Source: Paraphysomonas bandaiensis
Lineage: Eukaryota; Protista; Chrysophyceae
Reading direction: 5' to 3'
Length of the DNA stretch: 64,000 nt
NCBI GenBank assembly: GCA_965644295.1
Contig: CBFFRP010000288.1
Span: 248,001-312,000, forward strand
This document shows, in pieces, positions 1-12,700 of this stretch. A model generated the notes under the pieces. The model saw only the letters and a list, made by a program, of their open reading frames with translations, did no database searches and was not told the DNA's origin. Made by a program: the position numbers and the translations under genes. Numbering within the stretch: position 1 is the stretch's first letter; every line of letters starts with the position of its first letter.

Positions 1-1126
1 GTATCATATATAGTCAAATCTGGAACCCAACTGTCATCTAGCTATTGCCAGCATCCTTATGATACACACTGAAGCTGCTATATCCGTTTCCTCTTTATCA
101 TGCGCACAACAATGAATGATTCCACAGCTCGAACGTAACATTTTACATAAAGCATATAACGTTAATGCTCCTGTTCAACTGTTTGATCAGTAACATGCTA
201 TACTGGGGCAAACTCTACGCAAAAACTACACGTGGAATAGAAGAACCCAGAGTGTGAGAGTTGTATAGTCCTGTTATATCTCAGTCTTAAACATGATACA
301 GAGGAAAAGCTGCTATACTATATAAATATGCTATAATAAAATAATTGTTGGTGCACTGTTGTCTCACTCTTATATGTGTATTACATATGATGTACTATAC
401 ATTGATACGCATGAAAACATGATCTATCCTGCTAATTTATGAGCTTTAAGCTAGTAACCATTGTACCAGATTTTAATCATACAAAAGCGTATATTTGATC
501 AACAATAAAAACCAAATGAGTAGTGAATGTCTCATTATTAGCAATAGGCGTGTAAGGGTTTGAACTAATGTAAAAACAAATGAAATCAAAGTGTTATTTT
601 AAATCAATGGTACATCTGCTTGGGGAAAGACAATTGTTTTAGAATAACTCAAAACACTAATAGCTACAGTAAAAGGCCTCCTACCACAAGTCATTGCTGA
701 GGCTTTTTGTCGTTATTGGTACTATCATATTTATGTACATCACGCTTAACTCCTCCCTCCTCCCAAAGCAATGGCTCTAATGCTGTGTTTTTCAATATAA
801 TTGTGTAATATAATGAGGCCACTTTCAAATGGCTGTCAATATCATATTCGAGATAGAGGATAGATTCCATTTGAACTGAATATTGAAGTTGAATGTCTAT
901 ATTTTCCTGGTACTAATATGAGCATTCTATTGAACCCAATTCAGGACAATGAAATCACTCTTTAGAAACAAAATGGGGATAAAATTGTAACCCAATGGCT
1001 AAATAAGTGTATTACACCCTATACGTACTGGCAATCACGTCGACATCCCAGAAATGAAGTTTAATTTTACAAATCGAATAACGTCAGATAGAGGTGCTAC
1101 TTCCAAAACAAAAAAGCGTTACATTT

Positions 1127-1678
1127 TTAGTCATTATGAATTTTCGAACAATAATTCGACAGGGCAGAAAAAAATATTAAAAAGTTGGCAACATAAGTGC
1201 CCACACATATAATACATAAGTTGTACAAAATTTCAGCCATTATATACGCCAATGCTGTTGCTAAAACAAGGGCGAATATCGAGATGCATAGTAGCACCAG
1301 GCGAACAGAATTGAAGCGACTAGAAAGAGAATATAGACATGCTACCAAAATATAAAAAAGAATCCCTATAAAAAATCATTTAGAACAAAGCGCATGACCC
1401 TGACATAACCCACCAAACTGTGCATTAGGCTTGTCCAGTATACTGTTCTCCGATACAAGACCAAACTTCGTGAAAATTCTTGCATATTCACTTGTCAGTA
1501 CTTTCGAGCAAGATATGTGAGCTGATATATCACAAGTGGCGACATAATCTGCATCTATCCCGGCATTATACTCTATATAAACAGCGTATACGGACAATAT
1601 CAACCCTATCAATACACCCGAAAACAGACATGAAATTTCCCATTTTTTAGAGGAAAATATACAAGAGGTGGCCGACAT
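1127..1678 (-). CDS. VKORC1: Vitamin K epoxide reductase (VKOR family), 2 exons
   Basis: Exon 1 has YVATCDISAHISCSKVLTSEY (the two loop cysteines) and PNAQFG. A short GT..TTATAG intron near 1366-1413 joins it to exon 2 with TM helices and the catalytic CIIC (CxxC) followed by TY. Confidence 0.9.
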
Positions 1679-1763
1679 TTCGGTGATGCAAACTAGAGGT
1701 GAAAATAGGTGCAGCTCTCGTGAAGCACCAGCTGATACTTAAGAAGAAGAAGGAAAGAAGAAT

Positions 1764-2213
1764 TGTATGTATGTATGTATGTATGTATGTATGTATGTAT
1801 GTATGTATGTATGTATGTATGTATGTATGTATGTATGTATGTATGTATGTATGTATGGGTGTATGTATGTATGTATGTATGTATGTATGTATGTATGTAT
1901 GTATGTATGTATGTATGTATGTATGTATGTATGTATGTATGTATGTATGTATGTATGTATGTATGTATGTATGTATGTATGTATGTATGTATGTATGTAT
2001 GTATGTATGTATGTATGTATGGGTGTATGTATGTATGTATGTATGTATGTATGTATGTATGTATGTATGTATGTATGTATGTATGTATGTATGTATGTAT
2101 GTATGTATGTATGTATGTATGTATGTATGTATGTATGTATGTATGTATGTATGTATGTATGTATGTATGTATGTATGTATGTATGTATGTATGTATGTAT
2201 GTATGTATGTATG

Positions 2214-2247
<34 letters not shown>

Positions 2248-2353
2248 TGTATGTATGTATGTATGTATGTATGTATGTATGTATGTATGTATGTATGTAT
2301 GTATGTATGTATGTATGCATGTATGTATGTATGTATGTATGTATGTATGGGTG

Positions 2354-2387
<34 letters not shown>

Positions 2388-2617
2388 TGTATGTATGTAT
2401 GTATGTATGTATGTATGTATGTATGTATGTATGTATGTATGTATGTATGTATGTATGTATGTATGTATGTATGTATGTATGTATGTATGTATGTATGTAT
2501 GTATGTATGTATGTATGTATGTATGTATGTATGTATGTATGTATGTATGTATGTATGTGTGTATGTATGTATGTATGTATGCATGTATGTATGTATGGGT
2601 GTATGTATGTATGGGTG

Positions 2618-2651
<34 letters not shown>

Positions 2652-3108
2652 TGTATGTATGTATGTATGTATGCATGTATGTATGTATGGGTGTATGTAT
2701 GTATGTATGTATGTATGTATGTATGTATGTATGTATGTATGTATGTATGTATGTATGTATGTATGTATGTATGTATGCATGTATGTATGTATGGGTGTAT
2801 GTATGTATGTATGTATGTATGCATGTATGTATGTATGGGTGTATGTATGTATGTATGTATGTATGTATGTATGTATGTATGTATGTATGCATGTATGTAT
2901 GTATGGGTGTATGTATGTATGTATGTAGGTATGTAGGTATGTATGTATGTATGTATGTATGTATGTATGTATGTATGTATGTATGTATGTATGTATGTAT
3001 GTATGTATGTATGTATGTGTGTATGTATGTATGTATGTATGTATGTATGTATGTATGTATGTATGTATGTATGTATGTATGTATGCATGTATGTATGTAT
3101 GGGTGTAT
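1764..3108. repeat. About 1.35 kb (TATG)n microsatellite with GGGT, GCAT and TATA variant units
   Basis: Directly visible. It generates the spurious MYVC/HTYI ORFs in all six frames. Confidence 0.99.
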
Positions 3109-3240
3109 AGTGGCGGTATGTCTCATTCATTTAATTTCCACAAATATTTCATGATCGGATATGCTCCATATGGATGACTGTTAACACATAACAATATCAT
3201 GAGACTGCTGTAGATGTTTACTTTCATGATATAGTCTACA

Positions 3241-6200
3241 ATGGGATTCATATCATTCGTATTGGGTATCATTATAGGACTGTGTATATCTATTGCTGGG
3301 ACTGTGTTTTTTCTTCTTGGTGAGGACAATAATAAAGATGAAAAAGGCATAGATAAGGCCAGTAATGATGTTGTGAAAGAAAGAGAACCTACAGAAGATG
3401 AAGTAAAGCTTTTAGAGAATGCTTTGAAAGAGTTACGTGGAGATGGTGTGGAGGTTCAGCCTGTGGACTCACATCCAGCAGAAGAGCAGGCTCCGCTGGA
3501 GGCAAAGGAAATGGAAACAGGATTTTTGAATCATTCTCGCGATGCCAAGGAGAGACAAAAGCATGCAAAGTCGTTGTGCAATTTTCTTCAAGAGTTCAGC
3601 CGTGTTCATAGCCATTTCTCGAAAGAACTTAAGAAGATGTCGACAACAGCGGAGATGTATGTGAAAGCGGAGAACGGTATGATACTAGACAAGTGGTGGA
3701 ACTCTATTTCTATTGCTCTTGACCATCTCAGCAACGATCAAAATAGTATCAGCACAATTATACATGAGGAGATATATCATCACATGGTGCGAGTAGAACA
3801 GGAACAAGGGCATTTGGAGCGACAATTGCAGAATGAGGGCTCTAAGTTGATCCAGAAGCTGAAAGATGCACAGCAAAACTACGATCTCAAGGCTCGTGAT
3901 AATGATAAGATAAAGGATAAAGTAAATGCAGAAACAAGTCATACCACAGCGGACGGTACGCATGTCCCAGCGAGCAAGAGCACAACTAGCCGACTGCATG
4001 CAAGTGAGACTGCCCTGACAGAGGTGAGTGGACGGCTGGCAGCAGTACAGCAAGAATTCAACGAAAAAATGCCACGTATCTTGGCAGATTATAGCCTCAT
4101 GACGTCAAATAGTGTTTCTTCAATGATGGAACTTCTTATTCAACTCTCTGATCTACTTGCAGTGGCCCAGGAGAAAAGCAGTCAAGTGACACACAGACTC
4201 AAAATGGATCTGGCATCATCAGCAGCAAAAAGTGTCGATCGGTGCAATTATAACCCAGTTGTACGCCAATTACTAGAGCGTATTGCTCAGAACGGTGAAG
4301 AAAGTCAGATGGATATGAAGCTCGAGTCGTCGGCAGGGCTAGCAGCTAGCTGTCTCTCCAGTCTCCCTGCCCTTCCTATGCGCTTCCAGCAATGTGTAGG
4401 AAAAGAGACATGTGTTTGGTTCAATGCTCTCAGTGGCCGGATGTATCGTGATGCTGCACGATCGGAGTGGTACAATGAGTGGTTTTGTCAGAAAGTTGCA
4501 AATCTGTTAAATAAAGGCAAGCGATCCCCTCTAATTGACAAGTACAAAGTGTCAGGAGTAAAATTTGGTTCCACTCCTCCATTGCTACTTAACGTTCAGT
4601 GGGCTCCAACTAGCCCCTCTGGCTCGCTATCGGGAAACCTTCCGCCAAGAGACATTGAGCACGATGTAGAGTGCACAGCAGATGTAGCATTCAGATCTGG
4701 ACTCAGTTTCACTGTCCATACCAGGTAGGTGATATTGCAGCATTCCTATTCCTTGTACCTTCCCCCCTCGTGTATTGACTAGTGCTTAATATGTAGACTA
4801 TGGATCAATTGGCCGCGGGAAAAGTGTGCATTCATTCCCATTAGTATCATTTTGGAGGTATCTGAGCTCTGTGGTCGCGTTAGATTTGGTGTTCGTAAAC
4901 ATTGTAGCTTTTTATCTTTCGTTGAAGAACCCTACACTCGATTTACTGTTGGTTCCGAAGTAGGAGATCAGTACAAATTAAAGAACCTTCCGAAACTCTC
5001 CAGTGTCGTAGTTAACAAAATCAAGAAACATATACGCACAAAGATGGTGTACCCTAATGCATTTAAGTTCCGCTTGATTTGGCCGCGCAAGTGGTGGCCC
5101 GAAAGTCCGTTTGGAAACGAGAATTTGTTCAGAAGCGAGAGCACTGGCGCTGTCAATGAAGGGAATTCAGTAGGTTCGAAAGTAGCCACTGGCGATGGGG
5201 CAATAGGAGAGGATGAACTATCTTTGGCTGCGAGCGCGGTAGAGACGGATAGTGCAACGACATCGCTGGAACGTACTCCTGCACAAAGCAGTGTCCTATC
5301 TTCTCTACGCTCAGGGAAATCCCGGGAGGGAAATATTTTACACCGTTGGTTCACACGTACGCCAGTTGATACTGAAGGGGAGACTGAAAGCCCTGCTGGA
5401 ACAGGAATATCGAAGAACTCACCAGATACAGCAAATGCTCACACGAAAGCACAGAGCGTGTATATGGACATTGTGGCTGAAAGTCGAGATGAGTACGGGG
5501 AATTCGAGATGGCGGCAGCTGAAGATGAAGGCAATATGGGTCATACAAGTGCAGCAGGTGGGCAGGCGTCGGATATAACAGGATTTCAGTCACCTTCCCA
5601 TCGTCGAGAAGCTGAAACTACTGATGATGAGACGCTGAAGTTCTTAACGCCCGGTAGTGAACCAGTGAGTGGCGGTAAGCAACAACTTCCAGAGAGACCT
5701 AAGAGCGAAGGGAACCTGTCTGCACCTAAGCGACGTAGTATAGTTGACCCGGATCATGTACGAATGTATGTGTCTGCACTCCTAACGAGTGTATCAGCCA
5801 ACCGCAACACTGATATACTCCTATCTCGACGAGCGGCTGATGATATACTTGTGCGAGACAAACATTATGCGAGTGAGAGTATTGCAATCATGCGTACCAG
5901 ATCCCATAGTATTGCTGATTTCCGTCACTCGACGTTGGAGACCATGTGGGCGGAATTCTTAGGATCTATTGGACATGACTTTTCTCTTCTTGCGCAGACT
6001 CACGATACACGGCACGAGGCTGACAAAGGGTCTCAAAATAACCGTCAGAAGCTAACAACTAAGTTTTCTTTATTTCGTAGTCGGTTCATTGGTCGACGAA
6101 GCAGAAGCGAAGGTCGTAGTGAACCATCCTCTTCAGATGATGAGGGATTCGGAGGAACAACCAGTAGCGATCAATCATATAACTTTCTTGGTGCACCGCT

Positions 6201-7131
6201 TTCACACGACAACAAACATCCGACGACACTGTCTAGCTTCGGACGGAAGATATACAATGCACAGAAGACTCTACATAGCGGTATGACTAAAAGCAAACGA
6301 TGGAATCGTGGTACGAAGACCGGAGGAGATGGTACTGATTTCAGTGATGAGGAGAATGAGGGAAATGTTAGTGCAGTGGGTGGACTGGTTGATAGCAAGT
6401 CTGGAACGCTGACTGCGATACCCGAGAGGGTTGAAGAAGCTCACTCTTCATTCGCTACGAATATCACATCTTCACATTCGGAATCCAGCCACAGGCCTGT
6501 TGCTGGTGGCAGGGAAAAAGCGGGTTACGGAAATAAGTTTAGTATGGTGGTGGATGCACTCAGCAGTGTACGGACTGGACGGCGTGACAAAGAGCCGGGG
6601 CATATTATTCAATCAGTGGGTCATTCCACTGGCAGCAGCAGTTCCAGTAGTAGGGGGAAGTACATGGCCTCTGCGGTGAAAAGTGAGCCATCGGTTGAGC
6701 AAGACGACCTGGAGCTTGAGCAAGAGGTGATGAACCTGGCCTGGCAAGCGCAGGCACAGGCAATCACACAGGCGGTGCAACGTGGCGAACATCTGAGTAT
6801 GCAGAACTTTATGCGGACGCCCAAGATGACCTCACCAAAGTGCTGGGTAGTTATGCGTGACGGAAAGCTGACTATATTTCCGAACACTGCACATGAGTCC
6901 TCCAGTGCAGTGGAAAAGGGTCAGCCAATAGCAGTGTATGAACTCGCAGGATGTACGTGTCGGCCGCTTGAGCAGCCTCTCGGATTCGAAATCGGGGTGG
7001 TGGCAGGTGAAAGTAGGGATGCAAAGAAGTGGATTCAGTTTTGGACAGAGACTGATATACAGTGCAGAGCGTGGGTAATGGCACTGCAACACTCTGCGGT
7101 ACCTCCACCATGTGCATCGGAAGCTAACTAG
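3241..7131 (+). CDS. Membrane-anchored SMP-domain lipid-transfer protein (TEX2/Nvj2/Mmm1/PDZD8-like) with F-BAR-like helical domain and C-terminal PH domain; 2 exons
   Basis: N-terminal TM (FISFVLGIIIGLCISIAGTVFF). FCH-like motif HAKSLCNFLQEFSRVHSHFSKELKKMS plus coiled coils. SMP hallmarks ETCVWFNALSGRMYRD, VKFGSTPPLL, FLSFVEEP and IRTKMVYPN. Intron CAG|GTAGGT..ATGTAG at 4726-4796 restores the frame. PH-like KCWVVMRDGKLTIF...QCRAWVMALQ at the C-terminus. Confidence 0.8.
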
Positions 7132-9736
7132 TTATATGTAGTTTTCTGTTATTTATGGCGTGTCCTCAAGTATAGATGATATTACGGTTGTTTGTCATTG
7201 CCAGTTAATGTGAAGTAGTATTGACTTGATAAAGCACGTACAATGACTACTTAATAATGAAACTGCGGCGAAAGTATATCACGTTTCTGCAATAGTAGAG
7301 TGCTAGCTGTGATATATATATTAGTATGTGCTTGCTGTTGCCGTACGATGTTGGCTTGTTACGGGAAGGGTACCGGAAAAAACAATTGAAGTACGAAACT
7401 GTGAACGAAGTCGCCGTTTGAAAAAGCCGAAAATGTAAAGTAATAAGGTGATAGTATATATATATCCGTAATAGTCATTTTGAAAGGATGGTTCAAATAC
7501 ACAAGAAAGCATTATAACAAATTATCATGAAAATCACTCAATTATTAATTTTAAAAATTGTGATCAACATCTCTCATCATTCACTACATCTATTTAAGTA
7601 CTACTACCAATCAATTTCAACAGATTTTAAATAGTCACGATCTTGTAGACGCAATATACTTGAGTTTCTTCAATATATTTTCTTTCATACCATGCATTGT
7701 AGAATAGGACATTTCATTGAAGTTAACTTTGCTCTACACGTAAACCTTAACCTTGCTATGTTGAACACAATGCACTTTCAAGTAAGAAATTATAATTATT
7801 ATTCTGAACACTTCACTACATATTCGTGTAACATGTTCATCAGTCGGCTCTATATCTTGTATAGTGTAACGACTACGGGTGATTGAGCCTCGCTATCATG
7901 ACTAACATTGCTGGTCTTATCATCCCTGTCCATGTGCACAGGTGATGTAAGGTAGGAATAGTCTTCTCACAACACTTAGCGCTTAACTTCCTCTTCTTAC
8001 TCTTTACTTCGCTACCTCTTAACTTTCAACTCAACTGCGTACGATATCAACTCTCTATTATATCTAAAAATCCATATCCTTCTACCTATATTCCCATAGT
8101 TAATACTAGAAGCGGTTTCCCAGCCATAAATAGCTAGTTTTCTACTTCCAGAAATAATCATATAGAAATCCCTTAACATCCTGCTATCTACTCCTATATC
8201 ATCCTACAGAATACCTACGTATACCATCATAGTACTGTACGGGTTACCATAAACATCCGTTACACCCGTATATACGGATAGTCCCGGTACATTCCAACCC
8301 TATATCTGACCATAATACTCGTATCTTCTAATCTAATCATAGCTACCATGTACATCTCATCTCATACTACAACCTACATCACTTCATCTTATTCTTCAGC
8401 CATAGCAACCTCCTAATAAATCACCCATACTTGTCATACCCAATTCTGCTACAATAGTCACACATCAGTAACTGAATTTAATTCCTTTGTACCTATAATC
8501 ACCCGTTACACCTAAGGGTTGACTTCACCTATTGCACACTATTAACTCACTTCAATTGCACAATATATATCACATCATATTGCAGAACCCAACAATGCAT
8601 TAGTTCATGAAATACTGTTTAGAAGTACTGTCTGTATTATTTATTAGATTGTCATAATTCAAATACCTCAAAACAGAGCTTTCAAATGCTTACAAACAGC
8701 CAACCTCAACGAAATATACTATTCAGAACTGAAATCACAAATTTATGAGTATTGTCTTCAAAACAAAATTTTAAAGTTCAGAACTGAATTGAGTGTATAT
8801 ATAATTGTATATGTAATAGTGTTACTAAGTGTGAATAGAAGTAAGTGATACTAAGTGCGTTCAACAAAACGCTCATACTAGCACCCTTTTCGTGGTAGTG
8901 TTATGAGGGATAAGTATTGAAGATATTTTTATTTATATTTCTCTGGGAAACTTTCTGGTTAAATCATGTTCATATGTGATCTATCAGGGCTGCGTACAAA
9001 TTAATGATTTTCAATAATAGAAATTGAGACAGCAAGTAATAATTGCAATTATAATTGACTACAACCTGCGTCAATTAATTGTTTGCATCTAAGGAAGAAG
9101 AGCTTGTTGAAACTATATTAAAGCTCTATCCGATTCTAAAAGTACAAAGTTACATCAAACTTGAGAAAGTAGTGATAGAAGTATACGTATAATACGCCAG
9201 TCACACTCTAAATACTAAATATGTGTGGGCTATACTGTACTGGACAAAGGCTTGAGAGTTGTCTTTGACTAGTGAATGTGGTTTGTTCTGTTAAATGCCG
9301 GGTCTTCCATTTATAAAATAATATATTTACATATTCTCTTGTACCCTACCGGAAACTTTACATCAACTTGTAAAACACAAAACAGCTGAATGTCATAATA
9401 GAGAAGGAGTGTTGAAGTTAACAAATTGTATATTCTATGGCATTAATCTGACGGCAGTAACTTTAGTCTACTTTCCTGATACCTGTTTGGGAATACTTTC
9501 AACAACGTTGACCAAATAGAACTTCAAGGTGCAGTATTAAGAATGAAATCGACATATTCTGCGATATCCATCGTTATATAGTTTCAACCTTGACTCCATA
9601 GGCGCTTATCTGTAATTAGATATAATATATTTGACCAAGACATTTCTTTCGTATGCAATGTCAATTCTACTCGAGTTACAGATCATAAGAAATTTCTGTT
9701 CCGTCCACATCGCCCAGAAAATGCAGTTGCAGTACA

Positions 9737-12700
9737 TCATGCCTGATATCTTCCAGAATCGCTCTTCCGGATGTTGCTCATTTTCCACTCATCCACGAAT
9801 ACCTCACCCTGTTCCCTTGTACTTGCTGCCCTGGATACTTTCCCACTCCCGGAAAATGACTGTTCGACAGGTTTGCCACATAAACTAAAATCATCAGTAC
9901 AGAAAAAATAATTTGATATGTCCCTTCGTAATGAGACTTCAGAATCCTCACTAATGTGTGGAGTAATACTACGGCTCTGATAGTACTGTTTCTCCAGTGC
10001 AAGGCATCGACACCGAAGCTGCTTAATAATTCGTTGTGCTTGTTGATATTCCATAGCTATCGTCCCATTGAGAGCTTCATATCTGCTCTTCCATCCTGAA
10101 ACATCAGAGACACTTTCACTATCAGATCCACTCAGTACAGATCCCTTAAAAGGTTCATCTAGCCCCGACAATTTCAAAACTTCTTTCGCAATGACCGCCA
10201 TCACGAACCTTTCGGATCTTTCAGCACATATAGCACGAAGTATACACTTGGTCCTGCCATGATGTATCCATGTATCTACGGAACTCACTGAAAAATTCTC
10301 GCATATAGTGCGTATAAGCTCCTCTGACTCAGCTTGCTCACGTTCTTCTTTCGTTCTCCTCATACTACCTTCATATGCAGCTACCTGAGCTGCTGCGATC
10401 GCAATGATACCATTGGTTAGTCCCACTGACAAACTATCTCTTATTTCTCTTAAAGCTTGAGATTTTGCAATTTCAGGAACTGTGGATGATAATACTGAAT
10501 TCACAAACCCTTTCGCTTCAGTAGCGCTTATCTTAGTGGTTACTTCTTGGCGAAATTTTTCTTCCAAAAGGGCATATTTGCTTTCGAGCTCTAATACATA
10601 GCGTTGTGCCTCTTCAATTGCAACAAGTTCAGGTGACTTCGTGTCACCAGTTCCAGTGAAACTACCAAATGTATCTTTATTACTGTGAGAATCATAGGAA
10701 CTGTGATAAGCACCTTGAGACAATAGGTTAACATCAGCTCTCGATGGTATCACACAACCGTCCATATTTTTTAAGTAAGGCTCAGATGATGGGCAACTTT
10801 GATAAAAAGAACTCGAGTCATCATGCACAGAAATTTGAGAAATATGGGAACGCGGAGACAGCAAGAATAGGTCGTGTGAAAATGTATCTGCAAGAATATG
10901 AAATACTTCGTCCATTGAACTATCACCATCGTTAGAACCCCCCTTCTCTACTACCGAATGGTCCTGATTATCAACAAAATATCCCTTTGCTTCGGTTTTG
11001 TCGTGAATGAAGTATCCAAAATGAGCATCTAATATTGCTTGAAGGTCTTCCAAGTCATCAGTCTGCGAATGAATAGAACCTGTTCTCGTAGACATACGAA
11101 GCTCATTCTTGTCCCCAAACCTGTCGTCCAATCTGTTCTCATCATCGGCATCCTCCCCTGTATCATACTTGCATTCTCGGTTACTGGAACTCGAAGGACA
11201 AGTTTCTGAGAGCGGGGAAATTACTTTATCTGGTGACGCTTCAGGGAGAGCATCAAGCAAGCTGATGCGCATGTCACGCAGCACAGTTGATGAATAGTCA
11301 CCCGATTCTAATGGGCCGATTTCACATGATTCGGTAAGATTCTCTAGTGTAGATACATTTTCGGATGGGAATACACTGCGCACCCTAGATATTCGGCTTT
11401 TCTTATCAGTGCTATCATTTTGTTGGGTAACCACATGACTTTTCGAGTTCAGTGACGAGAGGTCTGAGTGTTTGCTAGTACTTAAAAGGAAGTGCATCAC
11501 AATGATAACCATGACAATGGGAACCAGTACTAACATGGGATATATCTCATAGAGTCGAACAAGAAGCACAATGATATACCCGATACCAGAAGAAAGAATA
11601 ACTTGAACAATGATATCCTGAGCAGTAGTTGGAAGTTGCACAACACTTACCAGAAGATAGAGTGCCACCCGACTAACTGCTTGACCAACAAATGCAAACT
11701 TTTTGCTATATACCTTAGATACGCCCTTAGACTTCCTTTTCATTGCTTTCTTCGGCCATAGAGTTGAAAACCTTGTTACCATTGCGCTCTGCAGTAAATT
11801 GGGGTAAACATTGGCAATGCGCCAAGACACGTACAAGTACTTTGCAGCATTTAACCTTGTGACACTCGCCGTTGATACTTTCCGATGTTCAGAACTCTTA
11901 CGTTGCGCTAATACACTATATGCTCGTGACTTCGCATTTACTTTGAAGGACACAATATCATTAACAACTCGTCTCTTCACTTTGCGCACGTCTTCCATTA
12001 CCAATGACGGAATGGCAATATGCTGAATAAGCACAAGAAAAGAACTTACAATTAAAATCTCAAAAAATAACCAGACGATAAATGATTGTAACCAAGCCGC
12101 TTGTCTCTGTTCAGTTTGTCGAATAGCAAAGAGAAAAAGGTAAAATAAAATCCCCGATCCCATTGCCCCGATTGCTGTCCAAGCATATACTTTCGCAATT
12201 AATGTAACTTCTTTTCTCTTCTCGTGGTCACGTCGATCCTTCGCATCCAAAATTTGTCCTAAACAGAAGTTAAATATATATACATATGTCACTCACGAAT
12301 AATAACCATTAACACCATCCATGAGGTCTTTCATGAACAAATAAAGCAATCTAGAATTTTTCTCGTCATCTGACTTGGTTGCATCGTCAAAGAATTCACA
12401 CTCTTTTGCAAAGCAATCCCGAACACGCTGTAGCTCTGCTATCAACAGGGATTCGCTATCACCTGTAATACACTGACGTCTCACACAACTACTTTCAAGG
12501 CAAAAAAAATCAAATCTCACCAATGTCTGAATGTGGCAATACTCTACGCATCATAAATCTCCAGCAGTTATAAGGTGCTCCAGTTTCGGAATCAGTCAAG
12601 TCCAGACCCCATAATTCTATATTCACGATATTACATTTGAAGTTTAGACAAATATTGACCTACTATCAAACTCAATGCGTTCTTTCGGTGATAAACTTTG

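Noticed and set aside
670-710. AAAAGGCCTC..GAGGCTTTTT hairpin as an intrinsic terminator
   Set aside because: Eukaryotic context and no associated gene end.
1647-3177. Long MYVC/HTYI-repeat ORFs on both strands
   Set aside because: Artefacts of the stop-free (TATG)n microsatellite.
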